Shown piece by piece: positions 12,216 through 25,384 of a stretch of DNA of 64,000 nt; position 1 is the stretch's first letter; each line of letters opens with the position of its first letter. Under the pieces are notes generated by a model. That model worked only from the letters and a program-made list of their open reading frames with translations, searched no databases and was not told the origin of the DNA. The stretch is from NCBI RefSeq assembly GCF_035594765.1, contig NC_085846.1:34459190-34523189 (forward strand). The letters are read 5' to 3'. Origin of the DNA: Anolis carolinensis. Taxonomy: Eukaryota. The position numbers and the translations under genes are program-made.

Positions 12216-12421
12216 CAGTGGGTCCTTGGTATCTGTTCCAGAACCACCTGTGCATACCAAAATCCATGGATGCTCAAGTACAACAGAGTAATAAAATTGT
12301 ATCCCTTATATACAATGGCAAGATCAAGATTTGCTTTTGGTGATTTTTTTTTAGAATATTCTCAGTCTGTGGATGGTTGAAACTGTGGATATAGAATCCA
12401 TTGATGTGGAAGGCCAACTGA
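12216..12421. mobile_element. Older Tigger/pogo-like MITE within a CR1 remnant (about 12040-12500)
   Basis: cagtgggtccttggtatc...ggccaactg termini; related copies near 12860-13392, 31501-32250 and 39158-39368. Confidence 0.55.
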
Positions 12422-12508
12422 AATACAATTCATTGAGGGTAGGCCATAAAGTTGAATGGAGATTCAGGGCAAATAAATAAAAATATTTGTATCTTCATAT
12501 AGTGCAGT

Positions 12509-12826
12509 AGAGCCCCTGGTGGCACAGTAGGTTAAACAGCTGAGCTGAGGAACTTGCTGACCAAAAGAGTGGTTCAGAGCTGGGGAGTGGGGTGAGCTCC
12601 CACTGTTAGCCCCAGCTTCTGCCAACCTAGCAGTTCAAAAACATGCAAATGTGGTACCGCTCCAGTACCGCTCCAGTGGGACTCCATGCAGTCATGCTGG
12701 CTACATGACCTTGGAGGTGTCTACAGACAATGCCAGCTTTTCGGCCTAGAAATGGAGATGAGCACCAACCCCCAGAGTCAGACACTACTAGACTTAATGT
12801 CAGGGGAAAACCTTTACGTTTACCTT
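12509..12826 (+). mobile_element. Sauria SINE
   Basis: tRNA-like head, body and ACCTTT tail match the other copies. Confidence 0.88.
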
Positions 12827-13013
12827 ATGGTGCAGTTTCACAAAAACAAGATAAAAGTACATCAGTCAGCCGTCCATGTCTGCTGGGGGTTAGATCCACT
12901 ACCACCCATTGATACAAAAATTCATGGATGTTGACATCCAGTTAAGTATGATGGCATAGTAAAATGGCATCCCTTATATACAATTGCAAAGTGAAGATTT
13001 TCTTTTCCAAATA

Positions 13014-13343
13014 CAATAAAGTCTCACTTATCCAACATAAACAGGCCGGCAGAACATTGGATAAACGAAAATCTTAGATAATAAGGAGGGATTAAGAAAA
13101 AAGCCTATTAAACATAAAATTACATTATGATTTTATAATTAAGCACCAAAACATGTTTTACAAGAAAATGACAGAAAGAGCAGTTCAATACATAGTAATG
13201 TTATGTAGTAATTACTGTATTTACGAATTTAGCACCAAAACATTGCAACATTTACTACAAAAACAATGACTACTAAAAGGCAGATTGCGTTGGATAATAC
13301 AGAACATTGGATAAGTGAAGTTTGGATAAGTGAGACTCTACTG
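13014..13343. mobile_element. Tc1/mariner-pogo type MITE copy (diverged), nested in an older Tigger-like MITE
   Basis: TIR match, TA flanks. Confidence 0.8.
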
Positions 13344-14116
13344 TATTTTTGAACTGTGGTTGGCTGAATCTCTTGACACCAAGGCCTGACTGTATTTCCT
13401 TTCAGTAGATAATGCACGCTATTTTAGAATAGTCTTTTCCTCCAGAAAAAGAAGTGTGACTTTTTGAAGGTGACATATTCTATATTTGGGCAGGTGAGCT
13501 ATTAACTCTATATACACACTTGCATTAAAGCTAACCAATAATTTTTGTGAAGGGAGAGCAACGTTTGAAGAAAATAGTCCAGACTATAATAGAGGGAGAT
13601 GAGATAAACAAATAAATATTTTGTGGGAATGGCCACCGTCTGCCGATGTCTTATTTAGAAAAGATTCCTCTCTCCCCCAATGTACACACACAAAACACAC
13701 TGCAGGTCACGGATGGATGGCAGCTGTCCTTCCCTGTGGCACCCTCCTTGCCAGCTGTCACTGTTTGACCCAGATAGTCTGGGTTTATCCCAGGCTTTCT
13801 GCTATGTCTATATAACTATATATCTCTATGGACTATGGCACCTCCGCATAGTTCATTTTGTTGCCTCTCTTTCTGACTTGTCTCTTATATCTCGGTTCTT
13901 TGCTTCATTACGCTCATAAAATCCTCCTGCTACTCCCATTTCCTTCAAATTCTTCATGGCTAAAGTTGCCAGATCTCAGGGCCTGAGTTGTCTTCTGTGG
14001 TCTACAGGCAGGAGGAAGTAACCTTGGGTTGACAGAAGTCTTATGTGTGTATATTTTTCATCATTTGTCATAATATGATGGTTTTGATCTGAATGTTATG
14101 CTCTAAACAAGTGATA

Positions 14117-14368
14117 AAAGGTAAAGGTTTCCCCTGACGTTAAGTCCAGTCATGTCTGACTCTGGGAGTTGGTGCTCATCTCCATTTCTAAGCCAAAGAG
14201 CCAGCGTTGTCCGTAGACACCTCCAAGGTCATGTGGCTGGCATGACTGCATGGAGCACTGTTACCTTCCCGCCGGAGCGGTACCTATTGATCTACTCACG
14301 TTGGCATGTTTTCGAACTGCTAGCTTGGCAGAAGCTAGAGCTAATAGCGGGCGCTCAATCCACTCCCG
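14117..14368 (-). mobile_element. Sauria SINE, 5'-truncated
   Basis: 12-bp TSD aaacaagtgata. Confidence 0.9.
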
Positions 14369-15054
14369 AAACAAGTGATAGATGCTTAATATATTGTGTT
14401 GAATGATATCACCAGGGGCAACTCCTTATACAATTAACCTTGTAACATCACCAGGGCATGATGTCACAAACTCTTACGTCTAAGGTTTTGGCTCTGAAAA
14501 TTGCGGACCTTGGATAGTCTTAGGACCTTATATCATTGAGACATATTCTGTTGATATCAGTATGCATCACATATTGTTTTAAGATCAGATGCATACAGTA
14601 TTCAAACAGAATGCATATTGATTCCATCACACCCAGTTTGTGTGTTTTGAAAATACTGTGCTTCGACTCTTCACACCAAGGAAGTCCTCTCAAGCCGTTC
14701 CGGTGCCCACATCATCCCTCAACCACCCAATTATTGCATAGCGACGTAGCCTGAAAGTCTTGAACTATTGTTCTTACGAAATTTTAGCTGACAGAATGCA
14801 TATTCGATTTTACAGTGTTTCATAACTGTATTAATTTTTGAAATATATATTAGAATCCTGTGCAATTACTCCATTTCTGCAGTATTTTGCAGATGGATTC
14901 CAACACACATTACTGATGGACGGGACAAACATCATGTGATAGGACCTGCTCGGAAATGGAACATGTACCAATGTGATAAAGTCCTAAATTTAGCAATCCG
15001 GATCAGGACTTTCTCTTTCAGGACATTTCAGGACCTTCCCATAGCTTCAGCCTA

Positions 15055-15181
15055 GGGCCTTTCCACACAGCCATGTAACCCAGATAATCCATAATATCTG
15101 CTTTGAACAGGATTATCTGAATCTGCACTGCTATATAATCCAGTTTGATGTGGATTTTATACAGCTATGTGGAAGTGGCCC
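15055..15181. mobile_element. PIF/Harbinger-type MITE
   Basis: Same family as 1662-1810. Confidence 0.7.
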
Positions 15182-15643
15182 TAGTCTTAGTAGAGTGGGT
15201 GATCTTTCACACCAGAACACATTTGCCAGTCGTTGTATGTTTTCGCTCCTACTTCATGAAGCAGAAATCCCACCAAATTGTGTCTACATACATATTTAAA
15301 AACGTAGTTTTATTTTTTCCTTGTGACTTTATACTGTCTTGCAGATATTTGAAGAAAAGCGGGGGGAAACATTTCTACGTTGAGTATGCAGTGGCAGCTT
15401 TCTGGCTGAGGAGTAATAAGCATGATAATCCCTTGTGTCTCAGTTCTCCTTACCAAAGACATGGGACTTGGATGAAGAACATGATAGGGATCCAATATTC
15501 ATTCTTTGGAGAAATTAAATTATATTTACTTTACTATCTTCAACAAACAAGAGGACAATCAGTTTGCTGTAATCCAAGAGCAGACTCCCTATGAATAAAA
15601 AGGTGGAAGCAAATGAGGCAAGTGAATGGTTTACTATGTACAT

Positions 15644-15778
15644 CAGTGGTTCTCAAGCTGTGCGTCCCCAGATGTTTTGGTCTTCAACTCCCAGAAATCC
15701 TAACAGCTGGTAAACTGGCTGGGATTTCTAAAAGTTGTGGGCCAAAACATCTGGGGACCCACAGGTTGAGAATCACTG
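15644..15778. mobile_element. Small palindromic hAT MITE
   Basis: cagtggttctcaa TIR, 8-bp TSD at(g/a)tacat. Confidence 0.8.
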
Positions 15779-16084
15779 ATATACATCCTGACTTATACTT
15801 GTCATGTTATCTAACTCATCGATCTCTACTGCCATGGTTCAATATTATGGAATCCTGGGATTTTTAGTATGATGAGGAACCAAATGAGCCTGCAGTTGCT
15901 TCCCTCAGTGCAGAAATGATTGACAGGACTGGCCATATCACAGGGAAATTCACCTGCATATACAAAATGCATACATTCCATTTATGCCAGAGAGCCTTTT
16001 CCATCTACCTAGAATGCATAAAATATAACAAGATTATCTTCCCATAGGTACAAGGTTTTAGAAGTAAAGACCAAACAGTCTGTT

Positions 16085-16312
16085 CATGCTCAGAAGCACT
16101 TCTGGTGTGACAGAATTGGCCGTCTGCAGGGACATTGCCCAGGGGACGCCTGGATGTTTGATGTTTTACCATCTTTGTGGGAGGGTTTTCTCATGTCCCC
16201 ACACGGGGAGCTGGAGCTGACAGAAGAAGCTCAACCATTCTCCCCGGATTCAAACTGCTGACCTGTCGGTCATGCAGTCCTGCATGTGTTTAACCCATTG
16301 CGCCAGCGGAGA
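16085..16312 (-). mobile_element. tRNA-derived SINE, second family (A-tailed, Vingi-like 3' end)
   Basis: Similar to 25867-26145 in reverse. Confidence 0.7.
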
Positions 16313-16544
16313 CTTTATATTGCTCATTGGGACAGGGTTGTTATCCGGTGGTGTACTGCCAACAGCACTGAGATTAGGGTTGCCAGATTGAAAACTGGAG
16401 GAGCTCCCCATATCTTAGATGGTTGTGCAAAAATGGGGTGTGGGGTTGGTACTACAAATCTGACTCTTCTATTTTCCTACTGTCTGACTCGAATATGTTC
16501 ATGAACTACATGTTGATATGTGAAAGTGCATATAAAATTAACTA

Positions 16545-16867
16545 CAGTAGAGCCTCACTTATCCAACATAAACGGGCTGGCAGAACATTGGATAAGCGAA
16601 TATGCTGGATAATAAGGAGAGATTAAGGAGAAGCTTATTAAACATCAAATTAGGTTATGATTTTACAAATTAAGCACCAAAACATCATGTTATACAACAA
16701 AATTGACAGAAAAAGTAGTTCAATATGCAATAATGCTACGTAGTAATTACTGTATTTATGAATTTAGCACCAAAATATCACGATGTGTTGAAAACATTGA
16801 CTACAAAAATGTGTTGGATAATCCAGAACGTTGGATAACCAAATGTTGGATAAGTGAGACTCTACTA
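16545..16867. mobile_element. Tc1/mariner-pogo type MITE copy
   Basis: TIR, TA TSD, 323 bp. Confidence 0.88.
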
Positions 16868-16909
16868 TATATTCAAATGAAGAATGTCTTGGGCAAGAAT
16901 ACTATAGAG

Positions 16910-17035
16910 CAGTGGTTCTCAACCTGTAGGTCCCCAGGTGTTTTGGCTACAACGCCCAGAAATCCCAGCCAGCTGTTAGGATTTCTGAGAGTTGGAGGCC
17001 AAAACATCTGGGGACCTACAGGTTGAGAACCACTG
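16910..17035. mobile_element. Small palindromic hAT MITE
   Basis: cagtggttctcaacctg TIR, TSD c(t/g)atagag. Confidence 0.8.
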
Positions 17036-17354
17036 CGATAGAGTCACACCAGAAAACCTAGAAAATATCTGAAGAGGACATATTTTGTTGGACATGGACA
17101 AATGAAACTATGAATAATAGTACTGTGTATATTGGGGATGTCATACTGTATATGAATTTGTGATAACAAATATTGCTGCAGTAAAATAGTAGTGTAAGGC
17201 ATTACCTCCACATGGATCAATAGGCAATTTTTTGATGCCATAAAATATATTTTTTTTAATTCAAATTTCTGAACAGAAACTTTCTTACATTTCTGTAAAA
17301 GTAAATATGTTACATGCTATTTTAATATTGTGAAAGTATATATACATACAAACA

Positions 17355-17685
17355 TGGAGCCCCCGGTGGTGCAGTGGATTAAACTGCTTAGCTTTTGAAC
17401 TTGCTGACCAAAAAGTTGGTGGTTTGATTCCGGGGAGAGGAGTGAGCTCCCGCCATTAGCTCCAGCCTCTGCCAACCTAGCAGTTCCAAAACATGCAAAT
17501 GTGAGTAGATCAATAGGTACTGCTTCTGTGGGAAGGTAAAGGTGCTCCATGCCGTCATGCCGGCCACATGACCTTGGAGGTGTCTATGGACAACACCAGC
17601 AATTCAGTTTAGAAATGGATGAGCACCAACCCCCAGAGTCGGACGTGACTAGTCTTAATGTCAGGGGAAAACCTTTACCTTTACT
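17355..17685 (+). mobile_element. Sauria SINE, full length
   Basis: ggagcccccggtgg head, acctttacctttac tail. Confidence 0.9.
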
Positions 17686-18049
17686 TTTTATACACATGCG
17701 CACACACAATGTTATAACATTATTTTGGAGCTGGAGTTAGAGTTCGTTCACTTCTATCGATTATCACTTTACCCAAAGTCGCTTCTAACTCAGACACCTA
17801 CCACCCCAAGTAGCATCCCACCACCCTGTTGCACAATGAGGAATTTCTGTAGGTGTTGTTTCTTACCTCATTATGAAATAAGCAACACTTGCTGAAATTC
17901 CTACTTCTACAAAACCATTAAAGCTACAGTGACCTTCTCCAGCTTTTAATCTGGCAATTCTAACTGGGGTGGGGGGCATTCGGGGATAGTAGTTGTGGTG
18001 ACTTTACTCCTTGCATATCAATTTTCTACAAAGAGGACTTCTTTTAGTT

Positions 18050-18430
18050 TAACATAGAAATGGAAGTGGCCTCATGGGCTATAGAATCCAACCCCTTGCT
18101 CAGTGCTGAATCTCCAGCAAGTAGATGTCCAAGCTTTTTTTGAAGATGTCCAGAGAAGAGAACCTCACAATGGCTCTAGACATTCATTGTCAAATCACTC
18201 TTGCTGTCAAGAAGTTTCTTCTAATGTTCAATCGAAATGGACTCTCCTGAAACCTCAAATTTGAACTGGTCTTATGGACAGCAAAAAAGTGGCCTGTTCC
18301 TTCGTAGCAACCTTGAAGTTAAAGAGGGCAATTGTATCACGTCTCTGTCTTCTCTTCACTGAGCTCAACATTCTCAGCTCCTTCTAGGTTTTGTTCTTCT
18401 GTTATTTTTCATGTCATAGGTAGCTGAACC
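18050..18430 (-). mobile_element. Old CR1 LINE 3' fragment
   Basis: Degraded similarity to CR1 at 57754-58100. Confidence 0.6.
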
Positions 18431-18459
18431 TGCTTTATTTGTGCATACCTTTATTTAAC

Positions 18460-19457
18460 ACGAGGCACAAGCCTTCAGAAGAGAACATGGACAATAAATG
18501 TTGGAAGTGCAAGGTAAATGAAGGTACATTCTTCCTTTATGGTGGACGTGTAAGAAATTGTCAAATTATTGGAAAACTATCCATGCCAAATGCCAATTTT
18601 TTTAAAAAATCCTTTCCAATGAAACCAGAATACTACCTTTTGGGTATGTTTGATTTAGAGCTATTTGCAGATCGAAATTTGGACAAATTGTTTACTTTTC
18701 TAACAATAGCGGCGAGGATAGTTTTCGCCAAAAGTTGGAAGTTGGATACTATTCCTGAGACGAATGATTGGATCATTAAAATAATGGAAATAAAAGACAT
18801 GGATAAATTAACATTCCTATTAAAAGAAAATCATGGTAGTGGATTGAAGAAGACGGTCTGGTCACTTTTAGAAAATTATCACAAGAAATACTGAAGACAC
18901 GTGTGGGAAAGAACTTATCTTTAGTTTTTATATTGACAGTGTAAAATTATAATTTTACAGGAGGAGAAAGAACGGAAGCCACAAAATACCCCTTCCTTAA
19001 TCATAGTAAAAAGATAAAGGTTTCCCCTGATGTTAAGTCCAGTCGTTACCGACTCTTGGGGTTGGTGTTCATCTCCATTTCTAAGCCGAAGAGCTAGCGT
19101 TGTCCATAGACACCTCCAGGTCATGTGGCCGGCATGACAGCATGGAGTGCTGTTACTTTCCCGCTGGAGCGGTACCTAATGATCTACTCACATTTGCATG
19201 TTTTCGAACTGCTAGGTTGGCAGGAGCTGGGGCTAACAGCGGGCTGCAAGTTCAGCAGCTCAGCACTTTAACACACTTCGCCACTGGAGCTCCCTCCCTA
19301 ATCATACCCTCCTCTCTTTTTTTTTTTTCACCTTCTCTTCTTTTTTTGCTGTTCTTCCTATTTTCCTATACCTATATTGTTCCCCCACTTTTATGCGTAC
19401 AAATCTTTTTTTTCTTTAATAAAAAATTATTCAAAAAGAAGAAGAAGAAGAAGAAGG
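18460..19457 (+). mobile_element. L1 LINE 3' end (ORF2 C-terminus, 3' UTR, A/GAA tail), interrupted by a Sauria SINE
   Basis: ORF 18439..18894 CWKC...GTF..AARIVFAKSWK typical of L1 ORF2 C-terminus; AATAAA plus A-rich tail near 19417-19457. Confidence 0.8.
19008..19293 (-). mobile_element. Sauria SINE
   Basis: Family match, imperfect TSD around ctaatcata/ttaatcata. Confidence 0.88.
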
Positions 19458-20159
19458 AGACCTGACTGGTGCATCTGGCAGGACTAGCACACCTAAATCC
19501 TTGACTGGCTAAACACATTCCAACGCAGAGAAGGCTGAGCACAGGCAGCCACAAGAAAGGCGCAACCTCCCTTCTGCACATTCACACGTTCCCTGCTGTC
19601 CTCCAATGACACTAAATATTAATGAGTGGCCTACATTAAAAACCACAAGCACCTGACTCTTCCCCCGCCCTTCCATGGCCCCCTCCCCTTCCTCCTTCTG
19701 CAGGGCAGCTGCCCTCACGCATCACCGCAGAGACCATCTCCTTTACCAGCAGGAACTCAACATCCCTCCTTTTCCTTCCCTTCTCTCCCCTCTCCTCACC
19801 ATCCCCCCCCCCTGCCAACTGGGGACTCGCCAGAAGGCAAAGGGGGGCTGGGACAGCTGAGCAGGAGGAGAGCAGCACCAGCTGTGCATTCATTTCCAGT
19901 GGTTTCTCTTCGAGACCAGTCTAGCTTTTCCGCCTTTCTTAGGAGACAGTTGCAGAAAAGTCTGGCTGAAGAAACCGAGAATTAAAAATCATGGTATGGA
20001 AAAAAAAACCCAGCAAAGACAAAAGTGAATATATGACGCAAGGTGATGTGAACTTTGTGTTGTCCCATAGAAATAAGAAGATATCAAGCCATTCTTTGAG
20101 GCTCCTGGAGGTCACTATCCATCCCAAACAGAAACAGGGTAGTCAAGTGAAAATAAATA

Positions 20160-20569
20160 CCATGTTTCCCCGAAAATAAGACAGTGTCTTATATTAATTT
20201 TTGCTCCCAAAGATGCTGTAGGTTTTATTTTCAGGGAATGTCTTATTTTTCCATGAAGAAGAATTCACATTTATTGTTGAACAAAAAAATGAACATTTAT
20301 TATATACTGAACAGTAGTTGTCATCACAAACCAAACTGTGAATCCTATCAAGAATTTCTTGTTACTACCATTATTTCTATGTACAACACTCTATGGTATG
20401 TACATTTACTGATCCTGCATGCTCTGGTGTTTTGTTCAGCGGGCATACTTCCAAAAAAAAAAAAACTTTGCTAGGTCTTATTTTCAGGGGAGGCCTTATA
20501 TTTAGCAATTCAGCAAAACCTCTACTAGGTCTTATTTTCTGGGGATGTCTTATTTTAGGGGAAACAGGG
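20160..20569. mobile_element. pogo/Tc2-like MITE
   Basis: TIR ccatgtttccccgaaaataagaca / tgtcttattttaggggaaacaggg, TA TSD, repeated tcttatttt subterminal motifs. Confidence 0.75.
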
Positions 20570-21401
20570 TACACATATAACACAGTGGTCTGACCAGTTT
20601 CCCCCTTTCTGTTTCCATCCAGCTACAAAAAAAAAGACAAGGAAGAATAGTGGTAACACAAAACCATCACATTCACATTCAACTTTTTTTATTTTTAGCT
20701 ATACAAAATGCAAACAGAAACACACTTTCTGCACTGGACTTTTCCCCAGACTAGCCAGGAAACAGTGTCTGTGTCCCCTTGGGTTTGACCTTTCCATACG
20801 TTGACTCCAGACTGTGCTTCCCTCCCGGAGGGGAATGGGGAACTTTGTGTTTGAAGAGTAGGTAACCTATGCAGAAAAACTGCAAGCAATTATTTTCATT
20901 TCAGATCGTAGAATAGTTTAAATTGGTACGGTGCATTCTCGACTTCCATCCAGCCCCGACAGGCATCCTGTGCTATTTAGCAGCTTCAGGAGCAACAGCA
21001 ATCCAGCTTCTCTGGCAGTAAGGAAAAGGAATTCCTGCTGAATTTCTTCCTGTCAAAGAAAAGCTCAAGTTTAAAACAAAGTGTTTACAGTGCAAAGCTT
21101 CATGGAACAAACCCCTAAGGCAAAAAAGGGAATCACCTCAAATTTATTATAACAGTACTATATTAATTTTAAGAAAATATGCACACACAAAAAACCCTCA
21201 GTGTATGTCATACCTATTTTCTGTTTAGGTTTCTGAATCTAGGCAATTCTGCACAAACAAAACCAAATCAGCAATCATTAAATAGTTTATTCACTATCAA
21301 TACCCTCCCTTTTTGTTGTAGGGCTTCGAGTGATTTCTGACTTATGGGGACCCTAAGGTGAACCTATCATTGGGTTTCCTTGGCAAGATTTTTGGAGGAG
21401 G

Positions 21402-22578
21402 TCCCAAGTCAAAAAAGAAACACTATTAAAGCCCCGATAAAGGTAAAGGTTTTCCCCTGACGTTAAGTCTAGTCATGTCCGACTGTGGAGGTTGGTGCTC
21501 ATCTCCATGTCTAGGTCAAAGAGCCGGCGCTGTCCTTAGACATCTCCAAGGTCATGTGGCCGATATGACTGCATGGAGCGCTGTTACCTCCCCCCTGAGT
21601 GGTACCTATTGATCTATTCACATTTGCATGTTTTCGAACTGCTAGGTTGGGAAAAGCTGGGGCTAACAGCGGGAGCTCACTCCGTACCCCAGATTCAAAC
21701 CGTCAACCTTTCAGTCAGCAAGTTCAGCAGCTCAGCGGTTTAATCTGCTGTGCCACCAGGGGCCCCAAAAGCCTTACTAGACCGGGCAAAAAGAATATGC
21801 GAACCTCACCTCCTCCAAGGTGAACTGAACTACTTAAACTGGGCTCTACAGGCTGATGGATACTCCACCATAGATATCAGAAGAGCTGCAAGGCCAAAAA
21901 TAAGCCACAAGAGTAAAGACAAAGATCCACCCAGAGAAAAAGTGTTCTTGCCATACATCAATGGAACTACTTACTGCATAGGGAAGCTGATGAAGAAACA
22001 CAACCTACAAACTATCTGCAGACCCACTAAGAAAATCCAACAAATGCTATGTTCAGCAAACGACAAGAGGGAATCCCCTCTCATCTCTGCAGGAGTCTAC
22101 AGTGTACTATGCAGCTGTGGACATGTCTACATAGGGACCACCCAATGGAGCGCCCAACTTGAATGAAGGAACATGAAAGCACTGCAGACTAACTCAACCA
22201 GAGAAGTCAGCCATAGCAGAGCACTTGATGAACCAACCTGGACACAACATATTATTTGAGAACACAGAAATGCTGGACCACTCTAACAACCACCATGTCA
22301 GACTGCACAGAGAAGCCATTGAAATCCACAAGCACGTGGACAATTTCAACAGAAAGGAGCAAACCATGAAAATAAACAAAATCTGGATACCAGTATTAAA
22401 ACACTCTAAAATCAGGACAGTAAATAAAGAACAACACTCAAAAACAGGGGAATTCCAGACAAGAAACAATCAGGGCCGGCTATTCACCACCCAACAAATG
22501 ATTCCCCCAGGCAGGAAGCAGCCAACCTTTGAAGCTGCAAGGCTATTCAATGCTAATCAAGGTGATCAATTGTAACAT
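21402..22578 (+). mobile_element. Penelope-like retroelement fragment with GIY-YIG endonuclease (frameshifted)
   Basis: ORFs 21750..22166 (GVYSVLCSCGHVYIGTT) and 22225..22575 (RLHREAIEIHKH..NFNRKE); PSQKRNTIKA continues upstream of the SINE. Confidence 0.9.
21440..21766 (-). mobile_element. Sauria SINE inserted in the Penelope ORF
   Basis: Family match; aaagcc duplicated at flanks. Confidence 0.88.
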
Positions 22579-23289
22579 TTGGGGGTGAAGTTCAAAACAC
22601 CTGGAGGCCCAAAGTTTGCCCATGCATGGTCTATAGGAAAAGGCCGTACAGCTTTGCAAGTGTATGTCTGCCAAGCACTTTCAAGTGAGAAAATCTGGAA
22701 CCCATGAAGAATGGCTAAAGCATTAATAATACTGTTCTCAGGAAAAAGAACCATAACAAGAGGTGTCCTTGAAGAACTAGGAGAACAACTCAACTGGTTT
22801 CAAACTGATTTGCATTTGCAGTATACAGGCAAACTATTCAAGCACTCTCCTCTCGGCAGCAGGGTGCAGCAAGAGAAATCGGCACACACCATTAAGCCAG
22901 AGAGCCAGGCTTTCATCCTAAAGCAAATGCTTTTAAGTCACCGGAGACAAGAATAAAAAGACAGCCACTGGGCTGTGTATGACTTATATAGCCTTGATAA
23001 TAACCCAGGTTGCTTCTGTTTACTCGTCTACACATATCACCACACATATTCCCCTTTCATTATAGAGGGGGAAATAAAATAAGACCATGGGCCAAATAAG
23101 ATTTTTGAAATATAGCTTTTTAACATTGCTTTTCCGGAGTAAGGACATGAAAATGGATCCATGCCAAGTCCTTAACATGAGAAACAGAGAATGGGACGTT
23201 AAAAAAACCCTCTGGGGTATCGATCTGGATTAAGTGTGGAGGGTATGCTCTCTATTTTTATTGATCAAAAAGTGATGTCACATAAACTT

Positions 23290-23416
23290 CATGCAGTCAT
23301 GCCGGCCACATGGCTTTAGAGGTGTCTACAGACAACACCGGCTCTTCGGCTTAGAAATGGAAATGAGCAGCTGGATACAACTAGACTCAATGTCAGGGGA
23401 AAACCTTTACCTTTAC
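23290..23416 (+). mobile_element. Sauria SINE 3' fragment
   Basis: Tail acctttacctttac. Confidence 0.8.
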
Positions 23417-23544
23417 TAAGCTAAATGAGGACTTGGCTTTTGAACCACATGATGTAGTTATAGATCATATCTAATGGAAGATGCCAGGTCAGGACTACCC
23501 CATGCAGATTGGGGCAGATTCCTGAGACCTGGTGGTGTTTTAGG

Positions 23545-23803
23545 GATTTTTTTTTATTATGTCAAAAGTAACTTGAGAACATACTGCAAGTTGCTTCTGG
23601 TGTAAGAGAATTGGCTGTCTACAGAGATGTTGCCCAGGTGATGCCCAGATGTGTTATCATCCTGCTGGGAGGTTTCTCTCATGTCCACACAAGCTAGAGC
23701 TGACAGATGTGAGCTCACCTGGTCTCACAGATTCAAACTGGAAACTCTCAGGTCAGCAGTCCAGCCAGCACATGGGTTTAACCTATTGTGCCACCGTGGC
23801 TCC
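23545..23803 (-). mobile_element. tRNA-derived SINE, second family
   Basis: Similar to 25867-26145; poly-T at left end. Confidence 0.75.
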
Positions 23804-24217
23804 TGTTTTAGGGATGATATTACAAGAGGCAGTCTCTAATGGCATCATTAAGCATAATACCTTACGTACCAATCACTACTGAACTAAGTACACAAAAAAA
23901 TACAATTATAGTGCTATTTATTCCACTTTAACTGCCAGCATTCCATCCTATGGAATCCTGACGTTTGTAGACTGTTGGGAATTTCGAAATGTTCCTCACT
24001 AGACATCCAATCCAGGAATTTCATAGGATGGAACCATGGCAATTAAAGTGGCATAATACTGTTATAATTCTGTAGTGTGAATGAGCTCCCAATCTGACAG
24101 ATGAGAAAGTCATATACACAAATTTTCAACACCACATTCCCACCTTGAAATTCCTCATCATCTTGAGAACCAGAGAAGAGTCCAGGTGCTGAGAACCCTA
24201 GGAAAGAGTATCTCTAA

Positions 24218-24716
24218 GGGTGCTTCCATACAGCCATATAAACCAGAATATCAAGGCAGAAAATCTCACAATATCTGCTTTGAACTGGATTATCTGAGTC
24301 TACACTGCCATATAGTACATGTAAAGGTTTTCCCCTGACATTAAGTCTAGTTGTGTCCGACTCTGGGGGTTGGACCTCAACTCCATTTCTAAACTGAAGA
24401 GCTGGCATCGTCCGTAGACACCTCCAAGGTCATGTGGCCAGCATGACTTATGGAACACCGTTACCTTCCCGCCGGATCTACTCTTACCTCCTTACCTATT
24501 GATCTACTCACATGTGCATGGTTTTGAATTGCTAGGTTGGCTGGGGCTAACAGCGGGATCTCACCCCGCTCCCCAAATTCGAACCACCAACCTTTCAATC
24601 AGCAAGTTCAACAGCTCAGGGGTTTGATCCACTGTGCCACCGGGGGCCCTATATTGCCATATATTCCAATTCAAAGGAGATAATGTGGGATTTTATTCAG
24701 TTGTGTGGAAGGAGCC
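24218..24716. mobile_element. Harbinger-type MITE with nested Sauria SINE (24321-24649, minus)
   Basis: TAA TSD, TIRs; SINE family match. Confidence 0.8.
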
Positions 24717-24807
24717 TAAGCTTAAGCACAGTGCTTTAATGAATTTAAGCTTTTAGGAGAAAATGGAGACAAGTGCTTTCAAATTGAAGCAAATGGGATT
24801 GTAGCCC

Positions 24808-24809
24808 TT

Positions 24810-24840
<31 letters not shown>

Positions 24841-24960
24841 TTTTTCAAACTTATATGCCGCCACTCCCCTAGGGCTCGGAGCGGCTTACAAGAACCGGCT
24901 AAAATCAACAATTTAAAAACATCTTAAAACCATCTTTTAAAAAACATCTTAAAACATCCT
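24808..24960 (-). mobile_element. L2 3' tail with (TTTA)n microsatellite
   Basis: (TTTA)n followed by tatgccgcc...gagcggcttaca. Confidence 0.65.
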
Positions 24961-25071
24961 GAGGCTAACTAAAAGAATTTGGTAGCATACAATTTCATAG
25001 GAGAAAATTCTACCTAATTCAATGCCAGGTGTCTTATTTCCATTCAATTTTACTGAATCTGGGGTTTTCCA

Positions 25072-25223
25072 TGGTGGAATTCAAAGACATAGCTGTGTTA
25101 TGGTATCTGATGAAGTAGGCAGCATAAGAAAGCTAATGCTAACAATTTCTTTCTCTTAGTTTCAAAGGTGTTTTAAAATACTGATATTCCAGATTAATGT
25201 GGCTATGTGTTTGAATTCTACCA
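25072..25223 (+). mobile_element. Penelope-type terminal fragment with inverted arms
   Basis: ctgatgaagt...gaaagct.atgc...ttagtttcaaaggtg...cagattaatgtggcta motif order; ~29-nt imperfect inverted arms. Confidence 0.55.
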
Positions 25224-25384
25224 CAAATGAGGTTGGTTTCACTGAAGGTCCTATCCATTTGCAGTCTAAGAGGAAAACAGTGAATCTTAATCCAGTTCCA
25301 GTTCTGAACAGCCCAAAATGGAACACAGTCAAGCTATTTTAATTAAACTGCATAGTTTTTAGGGTGGGTGTAAGGTGGAGAATG

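Noticed and set aside
12509-12600. tRNA-like A/B boxes at SINE heads
   Set aside because: SINE promoters, not tRNA genes; no cloverleaf
15644-15778. Long hairpins as possible pre-miRNAs
   Set aside because: Multi-copy palindromic MITEs with TSDs
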